The notes below the pieces were generated by a model. That model had not been told where the DNA came from and made no database searches. It was given only the letters and a program-made list of their open reading frames with translations. Shown in pieces: positions 26,716-37,812 of a DNA stretch of 64,000 bases. Numbering within the stretch: position 1 is the stretch's first letter; each line of letters begins with the position of its first letter. This DNA comes from Octopus sinensis (taxonomy: Eukaryota), in the NCBI RefSeq assembly GCF_006345805.1, contig NC_043003.1:72292001-72356000 (forward strand), in the 5' to 3' direction. The translations under genes and the position numbers were made by a program.

Positions 26716-27248
26716 TTAATAAAAATAGTTTATCACGTGCCCGTTTACAGAATTGTAACCGTGACTGAAGTGTTTGTGCCGGTGAAAACGGTACATTTGT
26801 TGTTTCCGATAGCTGGCTGTATAGCAGCATCGATGAAAATCTTGGGGTCTTCGAGAGACGCAACTTTGAAAATTAAACATCAACGATTTGATTGCATTCT
26901 TTTCCTCCCATACTTTCTTCTTTTGTAAGTCGTTTCCTTTATAGTTCGTGCTACTACCATCGTCATCATCGTCGTCATTCTTGTGGTCTTTGTAGATTCT
27001 ATAAAGAGGAGATACCTTGCTTGATCTGGCCAAATGGCGGTTACCACGCACATCAAATTTCCTGCGAATGAATTTCAGTTGAGAGCTGCCACCATTGCTG
27101 CTGCCTGTGAAATGTTTTCTCAGCCATTGAATTCTATTCTGGTTTCGTTTGTCGTATCTGGCTTTATAGACATCGGAATGGCAGTGGAAACCACGTTCAC
27201 CAGCTACTCGCCCCAGATAGCAACACACATTTGGACGGTCAGCATTAT
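26716..27248 (-). CDS. Probable terminal coding exon of a cysteine-rich secreted protein with an anaphylatoxin-like (fibulin-type) cysteine pattern
   Basis: Strong acceptor TTCAAATTCCTTTTTGCAG| at 27249, a 533-nt open frame of non-repetitive sequence ending at TAA, and cysteine spacing CC-x12-C...C-x10-CC (NVCCYLGRVAGERGFHC..FQSCVSRRPQDFHRCC). The family call is from memory of mollusc fibulin-like proteins. Confidence 0.65.
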
Positions 27249-27947
27249 CTGCAAAAAGGAATTTGAAAATTATTATAAGAATTTAGAGTACAATTTTCGT
27301 CTCAGATTTATGAGCCTGCATTTTCCATAAAAGAAGGGGCAACACTGTGTAATGTACATACTTCAGCTAAAGGACAACGTTGATGGTACTAAAATTTCAA
27401 CTAGATGACCAGATTACGACCAAAGACCTTGTGTTCCTGCAGGGAGGGAAGTGGGAGTATATTTGCTATTTATTTTCCCAAAGACTTCAAAGAAGAGAAA
27501 TAAACTAACGAATAATGCAGGAATCTTACACTGAGCTACTACTTAACCCAGGGATTAAATTACTCTGCAGTAATTAACGCGATTAGTGAGAGAGAAGAAG
27601 TCTCTTAGTCACAAATACAATGTCCTGCTAATAGCAACTTGAGAACCCTAATATCGTAGTAGGATGTTGATGAAGTTGAAATTGTGTTGTGAACATGATT
27701 TACTAGAGATTTATGTTTAAATCTACATCCTTTATCCTGTCCCTGTGACCAAGAACATCTACAGTTGGACAGAGATAAATAATGTGATGATAAGTGAGAT
27801 TGGGGTAGGTGTGGTTGGGTGGTAAGAAGCTTGCTTCGCAACCACATGGTTCCGGGTTCAGTCCCACTGTGTAGCAACTTGGGTTTCTTTTACTATAGCC
27901 TCGGACCCACCAAACTCTTAACTATATATATATATATATATTATATA

Positions 27948-27978
<31 letters not shown>

Positions 27979-27980
27979 AT

Positions 27981-28200
27981 ATGCATACAAAATTTAGAAG
28001 AATGACCACTAAAGTGGACATCCTTTATGCTAAACATAGAAGTCAAATCGCCATTACCACGAAGAATGTGTTCTCAAGACAAATCTCAGCAAAAAAACCA
28101 AAACATTCTTCGTGGTAATGCCGATTTGACGTCTATGTTTAGCATAAAGGATGTCCACTTTAGTGGTCATTCCTCTAAATTTTGTATGTAACACAATTTT
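27981..28200. repeat. Fold-back inverted repeat, arms of about 88 bp, 33-nt loop
   Basis: CATACAAAATTTAGAAGAATGACCACTAAAGTGGACATCC..ACGAAGAATGT is followed by its reverse complement with only 3-4 mismatches. Confidence 0.95.
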
Positions 28201-28740
28201 TAATCTTCAGATTTTTTAAATATGCTAAGTTACTGGTTTTAATTGATTAATATCAATTTCTACCCTTATTATTTAATTTTATACACACACACACATATAT
28301 ATATATGCAAAATGGGACAAGAACGCAAGCGGCGTACGTACACTTTGTTCTCTTATATATATATATATATATATATACGACGGGATTCTTTTCAGTTTCT
28401 GCCTATATGTGTGTGTTTGTCCCCCGCTTCTGCATAACAACCGATGTTAGTTTGGTTCGTCCCCGTAATTTAGCGGTTCGGCAAAACAGCGATAGAATAT
28501 GTACCAGGCTTTCAAAAAAGGAAGTATTGGAGTTAATTCGTTCTCTTTTAGCGCCTTATAATTTAACACACTCATAATTTAACACATTTCCACTCATTTT
28601 CCTTTAGAAATATAAAGAAGGAAAATGTTAAATTATAAGGCACTAAAAGAGAACGAGTCGCCCCAGACACAACAGAATATGTTTCAACACACGACCTCAC
28701 ATAAAGAATCTTGCAAACCAAATCCCAAAACGAAGTACAT

Positions 28741-28861
<121 letters not shown>

Positions 28862-29035
28862 ATCTATATATATAATATATATACACATATATATATACAT
28901 ATATATATATGTATGTATATGCATATATGTGTATATATATATATATACATACATAGATACATGCATGCATGCATGCATACATACATACATACATACATAC
29001 ATACATACATACATACACATATATATATGCATATA

Positions 29036-29077
<42 letters not shown>

Positions 29078-29538
29078 GCAAATAAGTATATATATACATA
29101 TGTAAAGGCTAAGCGAGTGTGAGAGTGTAACTAAAGACGCTGTCTGCGGAGAATATTTGAAAAAATCCTGCAGTAATTGTTCCAGTTGTAAGAATATAAA
29201 TAAATTTAACTTAATTTAATCCATTCATTTACTGCAAATCGGTTTGCAGTCATGCTTGACATTGCCTTCATCGGTTCCGCCGAGCATATCAAATATCTTG
29301 CCTATTTTCTATATATAGTATTATTCCACATTATTTTATATGATATCAAAGCAAGTTGTGGAATAATAAAGAAACGTTTAATGATTGGGAATAGAATGAA
29401 AGACAGCTTGAATAAACTGTCAGAAGGAAAGTAATGTTTTGTCAGGAGAAAATTTGCTATTCACGCATGTTTACATAAATATATTGATATATCACAAGTA
29501 TATGCATACAGACACGCATGCATATGAGATAGACATAC

Positions 29539-29624
<86 letters not shown>

Positions 29625-30379
29625 GTTTCTTTATTATCCACACAGGGCCGAACACAGAGGGGACAAATTACAATGTAGAGCTACTCTTTTCTATTCGAAA
29701 CGAAAAAAAAATGTTCGATCAAAAGGGATCCTGTAAAAAAGCAATCAAAAGAGATCGTGTATCACAGAAAATATCATAAATGTAAAAAAACAGATTAGGT
29801 TTATCCGTGGAAAGAAAAGCCTACGGAAAAGGCCACGGTAGCCTCAGGCACGGAGGGAAAAAGCACATGAGTGCAAAGTGCTCTCTCTCTCTCTTTTCGA
29901 TTTACAAGATCATGCTCAAAGTGGTTTCGTCATTCGCGCGTATCATCTTTTGCTACATTCACCCATCTTTTCTTGAAACTTTCACGAGACAAAACTTGCC
30001 TCTCTATTCTCACTTTCCTTTTCAAGTGGTACTTGAAAAAAGTTGATGAGCGATTGGCCAGAAAGGAAAGTGTTTGTTTCTAAACTTTCACTCGAGTCCA
30101 CCACACACATTCTTTCACCATGGCCACATGTACGCTGAACACTGCCTTCCCGGTTGAGGTTAGGTGGCGGAGCAATTTTCACGATAGACTCGGCCGACAA
30201 GCGGACTCGCCCCACACGTGATAGCAGCCGTTCGGCATAAGCCCACAGGTCCAAAATGGTTGCACACTGCACGAGTGCGTGCAGAACGGTTTCGTCGCTC
30301 TGACCTCATCACAGGCAAGTCGATCCGGTGTGTCTCGAACCGTGCCTGTAGAGCTTATCACGAACGGGCAATGCTTCTC

Positions 30380-30380
<1 letters not shown>
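29625..30380 (-). mobile_element. 5'-truncated L1/Tx1-clade LINE (ORF2 C-terminal zinc-finger region and 3' UTR)
   Basis: ALPVRDKLYRHG..TCL**GQSDETVLHALVQC..LWAYAERLLSRVGRVRLSAESIVK..FLSGQSLINFF; flanked on both sides by (GATA)n. Confidence 0.8.
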
Positions 30381-30473
<93 letters not shown>

Positions 30474-30991
30474 TAGTTTATACATACATATATGCACAGC
30501 ATTACGTAAATTTCTGGATCTAAATATACGTTATTGCACTTTTGTATATTTATCAACTGTTAAGTAAAATATTAACTATTTTTGGTAAAAGATGAAACCA
30601 TATCTGGTTGTCGATGAATGATTTACTCGATAACAGTATGCTTACAGCCGTACACCTGATATTTTCAAACAGGAAATATATGAACTAGAGAAAAACTAAC
30701 GAGATATATCCATCATCTCTTAAAAAGATATCATTTCTCTCTCTCTTTTTCTCTCTCTTTCTTTCTCTCTCTCTCTCTCTCATATTCACACTGACACACT
30801 CACAGGCACGCATACACACATATAGACACACATAAGCACATTCAGTATGACATAAATACGGTTTCCTTTATCTTCCTTTCTACGAAGAGAGTAACGGTTT
30901 GCATTCACATCTTTAAAGATCCTCAGCGTGTGGTTTTACAAACTTAAACTCATCTTAAATTCCTTAATGTATCTTGTGCTGTGCATTATAT

Positions 30992-31080
<89 letters not shown>

Positions 31081-31111
31081 GTATGTATGTATACGGAAAA
31101 ATTCAAGGAAG

Positions 31112-31767
31112 AAAATGCTAAAATAATTTTATAAAAAACATTTCAGTACCGGTTTCGGTCATTGAGTCTTTTTCAACTGTAAGTATGGAAAATAATTAAA
31201 TTTTGGAAAAATTAAATGCAAAGTTTTTAAAAAGAATATTTGCATAGTATTCAAATACAAGAGGCATTTTCCTTATTTCTGCCTTCTCTGTCTCTCTTGT
31301 TTACTCTTGTAGGTTCGAGGTCGTTGTGAATTCTTGGCAGAGAAGAAGAAGAAGAAGAAGAAGAAGAAGAAGAAGAAGAAGAAGAAGAAGAAGAAGAAGA
31401 AGAAGAAGAAGAAGAAGAAGAAGAAGAAGAAGAAGAAAAGAATGTCGGAGTGATATGATAGTAGTAGGATCTTAAATGGTGAAGTGCCCTGAAACTGAAT
31501 TGTTGTAGAAGGTAGTAGTGACCGAATTCTTGGATACTTGGAATTTTGTTATTGGTGCAGAATTCACAACGACCTTGAGCCCACAAGAGTAAACAAGAGA
31601 GAAACAAGGAAAATGCCCCTTGTATTTGAATACTATGCAAATATTCTTTTAAAACACTTTGCATTTACTTTTTCCAAAATTTTATTATTTTCCATACTTA
31701 CAGTTGAAAAAGTCTCAATGACTGAAACCGGTACTGAAATGTTTTTATAAAATCATTTTAGCATTTT
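31112..31767. repeat. Inverted repeat pair (31112-31334 and 31559-31767) around a (GAA)n tract, each arm carrying a degenerate hammerhead
   Basis: The arms are reverse complements; the plus arm reads TTACAG TTGAAAA AGTC TCAAT GACT GAAA CCGG TA CTGAAA. Confidence 0.85.
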
Positions 31768-32108
31768 TGACGTCTGAACAGGTGCACAGTGTACCACGTG
31801 TCAGGTGTCGAAGTGATCGCCGAACAACGTGAGATGAAGTGTTTTACTCAAGAACACAACGCACAAAGCACAAAGCATGCACATAACCATTTCATTTTCT
31901 ACCTGAGGAAGGACTGACGTCTGAAATAGTAAGCAAGTCCCTTTTCCTTCTAAGCGCTAAACACCCGGTCTAGGAATTGAAATCATGATCACTTGATCGT
32001 GAGTGCAACACCCTAACCACACAGCCATGCGCCCTCACACACACGTAGCCACATGTGAATCGTTGGCGATTTTCTTCCTCCGCCTTTCTTTCTATTGGAC
32101 TTTCCTCT

Positions 32109-32143
32109 GTTTCTGAAGAAGAGCGTTGCTCGAAACGTTAAAC
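32109..32143 (+). ncRNA. Minimal type I hammerhead ribozyme motif with intact core
   Basis: GTTT CTGAAGA A GAGC GTT GCTC GAAA CG TT AAAC: stem I GTTT/AAAC, stem II GAGC/GCTC, palindromic ACGT stem III, GUU triplet. Confidence 0.7.
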
Positions 32144-32534
32144 CTTCTTTCTTTCCTTCACTAATCGTCTGCTAATACTTTACATGTACGACGTCCTCTC
32201 GTTGTTGTTTTTTGTGTTTGTTGTTCTTCTATTTTGAGATTTACTATATATATGTATATATATATATATATATATAAATAGATGAGTGTATTTTTACCTT
32301 GTTAACAATTAACACGGAAAAATAAATAAATAGTTACCAGGGCAGCAAAAATCTCACAAGTAAAGGTGTTGTAACTTCTTGTTTATAAAGGTAGAAACTT
32401 CGTGTTTACGTTGAATATTTTGAATAATATGAATAAAAAATGGAGTTAACGCAGGTGTAATAAAATATTTTTACTTTCGATACATGTTTCGAAAATTCCA
32501 CTGATACTATTCAAAAGAATAAATCGTATAAACA

Positions 32535-32981
32535 ATGCAATCTTCTCCTCAGTTTATTGTATCTGAAGTCAATTCCAATAGAATTAAGTTTATGTCAAGT
32601 AACTCTAAGATTAAAAATTCTATATACCAGTGTATAATCAGTACTCGTAATAAAGTACGATTTTACATTGGAAGCACATCGTTAGAGTTATCTAAAAGAA
32701 TTTCTATCCATTACTCAACATTTAGGGATAGAAATAAACGGAATAGTACCGGTCTCAGCAAACTGATTTGGGATTTAAAAGACCACAATGAGCAATTTCA
32801 TTTGGAATGGTTGATCCTCTCAATTTCGATACCATATGACAAAGGCAAGAAACTCTGTCTTCTCTGCAATTCTGAGCTATTTTTCATTATTTTTTCTAAA
32901 AATACTCTAGTAAACACGGTTATAGAACGAGCATACAGATGTAAGCATTGGCAAAAACATACTTTTAGTGCATATAAATAG
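32535..32981 (+). mobile_element. Penelope-like GIY-YIG endonuclease fragment between inverted pseudo-LTR pieces
   Basis: SIYQCII..FYIGST..KRISIHYSTF..STGLSKLIWDLKD..LCLLCNSELFFII..CKH; inverted repeat at 32439-32547 and 33190-33300. Confidence 0.88.
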
Positions 32982-33295
32982 TATCTATCATTATATATAG
33001 TTTAGACTTTAATTTCCTTTATATTTAACATTCACTATTAATATCCCTACTCTTTCTGTTAGCTACTTATGACGTTATATCATATAACGTTTTTTTAAAC
33101 AATATTAATAGCGTTCTGTCTATCGCTATACGAATCCATCATTTTTTGCTAAAATGTCTTATTGACGAGTTTCGTTTTTTTCACTTTCCTGAGAAGATTA
33201 CATTGTTTATACCATTTATTCTTTTGAATAGTATCAGTGGAATTTTCGAAACATGTGTCGAAAGTAAAAATATTTGATTACACCTGCGTTAACTC

Positions 33296-33353
<58 letters not shown>

Positions 33354-35365
33354 CAAATTTAAAAACACTTAAAATACATCAAACATTAAGGAAAGTACAA
33401 AGTACGATGATAAGGTGTTAGTTTAACGCTTAAAAAGAGAATGGAGTAGCTTACTGTTTCAGACCGTCTGCCTTTCCTCAGGTAGAAAATGAAATGCTTA
33501 TGTGCACGCTTTGTGGTCGGTGTATATGTGTGTAGATATGTGTAAGTGTGAAAACTTACGCGTGTTTGGTGTGTCTTGTGTAATCATGTATGTAAGGCTG
33601 TGCGAGTGTGTGTATACGCGTGTATAAATAAATGTAACGACGTTGTTGTAGGATGTTATATGGAGGCTGGAAGTTTGTACAATATTTGTGTGTGTGTGTG
33701 TGTGTGTGTGTATAATTAGAAATCATGGTGTAACGGAAGTGCAGGATTGTTGCCCAGAGTTAATGGGCGTGCTTATACTGGAAAAGCCGGCATAAAAGTT
33801 TATTTTTGTGTACAGATGCGCGCATGTACAAAAAGAAAGGGTAGAAAAACAGGAGAAATAATAGGAGGAAAAATCGCGGCCGTAAACGTGAAATATACTA
33901 CGAACGAAAGTGTTTATAGGCCGAAACAGCATGCGAGCTGGAGTGATAAAAAAACGGTTGACTCCAGAAAAGGTAAACACAATTGTGCTTTTTTTTTCTA
34001 TTTGACAGCTTCAACAAAAGAAGTAGCTGAATAATGTATGCGTGTATTTGTGTGTCGGCAGTGGTAAGTAGAGAGTGGAAAGAAGTAAGTGAATCAACGG
34101 GGAAATCTAATTACTTTTTATATCGAAGAGTAAATTTGAGTGTATGTGCGTGTGTGTGTTTGTGCGGGTGTCAAAGTGCGAGACATGGCCAGTGAATGGA
34201 GGTGTGTATAAGTGACAGGCGTGTCTCTGTGTGTAAAGTAAGAACAGAACTGGTCTGTGAAGGGAGGTTCCTGAGTATGTAGAGTGTGAGTGTGTGTTCA
34301 TGTTGAGTGTGATTGCGTGGAGTAGATGTGGAGTGAGAAGTAGGGGTGTGATAAGAGACGTATGAAAGAGGAAGGGAGGAGAGTAAAAAGGCGCTGGTGT
34401 GTATTTATTGAACGGATTGTAAGGATACCAGTGTGGAAGTTAAGGCTAGATAAATTGAAGGTAAGAATTTAATTAAAATCTTGCAACTTTATTGAAATAA
34501 AGAGAGTTCTGGAAGCGAGAAATTAAAAATATGTCGTGGATGTCTAACTGAAGACCGAGATGAGTTGGGTTGAGTGACCGATGGGGCGGAAATGTCGAGC
34601 ACAGATGAGCTTTTGTCAAGTCAGATATCTGTGAGGTGCTCTGTAAACTTGTCGGGCAGTTGGCAGCCAATATCCTCGTTATAATTTGAATCGCGCATGA
34701 AACTCGCGGAAATATAGATAAGAGAGGTAGGATGCAATGGAAAGAGACCCTAATGTAGAAGGTACGCTGGTTTGTCCGGTGAGAGCACCGCTATTTCCAT
34801 TGGGATTGCCAAATCACAAGACTTCAGCCTTTCATTGCGTTGTCAATTTCAAACGCTGGAGGAATCGCAGCTATTTCTAACTTCGGGTGACTGCCATCGA
34901 CAAGGCCTAAGAAGGTAGTCCAGGCGGCGATTGCAAACGATTATCTCCCGCAAGCATCATAAACACGAGTGCTTGTATGCATCACAAGTCCATACGAGAC
35001 GTTTTCTCATGGTAATTATCACAGTATTCACTTATAAGTGGCGGATGACTATTATCTTTTGGTATTAATTCTGTCGCTATTAATTATTTACTTCTGTGGC
35101 TATTCATTATTTAGAATAAAATTTTTCGTACACGCATTGTGCGCAAGATGTGTACTGTTGCTTTCAACAGGAATAGTGAGAAAAGAAACTGAAGCATGGT
35201 TTATATGTGTGTTTATATATTTATATGTGTGTATATATATGTATGCAAGCACAAACTTTATAATTGAAAGATTGATGGAAAAAAAATTGGTGTGGGTGTA
35301 TGTGAATCCACGGGCACACACATACACACATTGACGCACGCCTGCAATACAGCCAACCTCATATG

Positions 35366-35498
35366 CATGTATGTATGTATGTATGTATGTATGTATGTAT
35401 GTATGTATGTATGTATTATGTATGTGTGTGTGTGTATGTGTGTGTGTGTATGTGTGTGTATGTATGTATGTGTGTATGTGTGTAAGTGTGTGTGTGTG

Positions 35499-35530
<32 letters not shown>

Positions 35531-35770
35531 TGTATGTGTGTGTGTATGTATGTGTATGTATGTATGTGTACATGCGTGTATGTGTGTATGTGTGTATGTA
35601 TGTATGTATCTATGTATGTATGTATGTGTGTATGTATGTATGTATCTATGTATGTATGTATGTGTGTATGTATGTGCGTGTGTGTATGTGTATGTGTGTA
35701 TGTAAGTATGTGTGTATGTATGTGTGTATGTATGTATGTATGTGTGTGTATGTGTGTATGTGTGTGTGTA

Positions 35771-35802
<32 letters not shown>

Positions 35803-35880
35803 AATGTACGTATGTATGTGTGTGTACGTATGTATGTGTGTGTACGTATGTATGTGTGTGTGTGAATGTATGCGTGTGTG
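35366..35880. repeat. Compound (TATG)n/(TG)n microsatellite
   Basis: Read directly from the sequence; accounts for the MYVC/HTYI ORFs. Confidence 0.97.
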
Positions 35881-35899
35881 TGAGATTTTTTCTGGAGTT

Positions 35900-37560
35900 G
35901 TGTGGGCGTAATGTACATGCGCGTGTATGTGTGTGTGTGTCTCTGCTAGGTGTTTATAAGAGTGTGCGTATCTGTATGAGTATTGTTTGCTGGTGTGTGT
36001 GCACGGGCATGTGTGTGTGTGTGCACGGGCATGTGTGTGTGTGTGCACGGGCATGTGTGCGCGTAGGAGTGTGTGGGGGTGGGGGTGTATAGGTGTGGAA
36101 GTATGTGTGCGTACAAGTGCATGTAGGTTGTATGTGTGTGGTGAGTTGGAAGTAGGTGTGTTCGTGGATACGTGAGTATGTGTGTGTGTGTAACTGTATA
36201 AGGACAAAATATAAAAAAAAAAGTTGCTAGTGGGGGAGAGGTGGAGCGCAGCCACTAAGAGGGGGCGGCTGTGTTGAGTCCGTGTGGGGTATTGGTCTGT
36301 AGAGTGAAAATGAAACGTTGCTCCAAGTGAAGCCTTGATTGTGGAGGACCGTTGTGTGGGGCGAGACCAAACACAGAGATGTCCTCGGGGGAATGGCTGG
36401 CCGAGCGGAAGTGACGTGCGACGGGAGAATTGGACCGTAGACGAACATCCCTTAGATGTTCGGCGAATCGGTCTGACAACCGGCGTCCCGTCTGTCCTAT
36501 ATACAGCATTCCGCAGAGGTTGCATTTAATGTAGCATATGAGACCAGACGAAGTACACGTAAAAGAATGTCTGATACGTACAGTTCGCTGGTTGGAACCG
36601 GTGACAGCAGTGGTGTTGGTGATGAAGGGGCAGGTGTTGCAGCGGGATCTGGAGCACGGGAAGGATCCGTGTGGGGTTGAAGGGGAAGAAGAGAGGGTGC
36701 TACGGACCAGGAGGTCGCGTAGATTCCGGGTTCGTTTGAAGGAGGACAGGGGTGGGTTGGGGAAAATGGGGTGGGTTGGGGAAAATGGAGCGGGTTGTGG
36801 GATCGAGCTGGAGACGACGGAAGGCACGTAGTATCTTCCGACGAAGGGGTAGAGTAGAGGGGTGGAAAAGGAGGGGAAACGGGGTGCGGTTGGGGGTGGG
36901 TGACAGGAAGGAGAAAGGGCGGTGGTGCGGTCGATGCGACGAGCGCGGGCGAGGGCGTTGAAGACCAGGGTAAGTGGGTATCCTCGATGCCTACCTAGGG
37001 TAGGTGGGTATCCTCGATGGCAGGTATTGAGACTGGGTCCCAAAATCCTGGTCGCGGCTGCACAAGCGTCGGAGGCGGAGGAACTGGGAGTAGGGGATGG
37101 CCCGTTTGGTGTGGAAGGGATGGGAGGAGGAGAAGTTGAGATACAGGTGGGAATCCGTGGGTTTGAAGAAGGCGGAGGTGGTGAGAGAGTGGGAGGGGTG
37201 GTCGATGCTGAGAGAGATATCAAGAAAGTTAACAGAAGTATTGGAGATGGTGGAAGTGAATTGTAAAGAGGGGTGGAAGTTAGAGAGGAAAGAGATGAAG
37301 TGGAAGAGTTGTTCGCGGGAAAGGGAGGTGGCGCCTATGCAGTCGTCTATGTAGCGACCGTATAGTTCTGGGGTCGGCCCGGAGAATTGGGAGAATACTT
37401 GGGCCTCAATGTAGCCAACAAAGAGTTTGGCGAAATTGGGGCCCATTCTCGTTCCTATCGCGACCCCAGACACCTATTGGTACGTTTCCCCGGCGCTCGT
37501 GAAACAGTTGAGGGTGAGGAGAACATTTTGTAAACAAACGTATAAGCGCCGAAGATAGAG
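35900..37560 (-). mobile_element. 5'-truncated Neptune-clade Penelope-like element (RT C-terminal half plus GIY-YIG endonuclease)
   Basis: LTLNCF..SGVAIGTRMGPNFAKLFVG, RYIDD, VNFLD, KPTDSHLYL, SSSHP; linker PCSRSRCNTC; EN CYIKCNLCGMLYIGQTGRRLSDRFAEH..LEQRFIFTLQT..PHGLN. One stop and one frameshift. Confidence 0.93.
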
Positions 37561-37730
37561 GAATTCTCGAACGCAGGATGGCTAAGAAGACAACTTAGAA
37601 AATCGCGTAAAAATCCTTTAGAAGACAGGGGAAAGAAGCCAGCAAGTGTCTACAGTGAATCGGACCCTGTACCTCTCAAATTCCGGCTCAGTGGTCTGAC
37701 GTTTAGACACACACAAACACAGAGACACAC

Positions 37731-37768
<38 letters not shown>

Positions 37769-37812
37769 ACACAGACACACACAGACACACACACACACAC
37801 ACACATACACAC

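Noticed and set aside
30290-30320. TGATGAGGTCAGAGCGACGAAAC on the minus strand looks like a hammerhead core
   Set aside because: It lies in the Tx1 ORF2 zinc-finger coding frame (CL**GQSDETV), C3 is absent and there is no stem I; coincidental.
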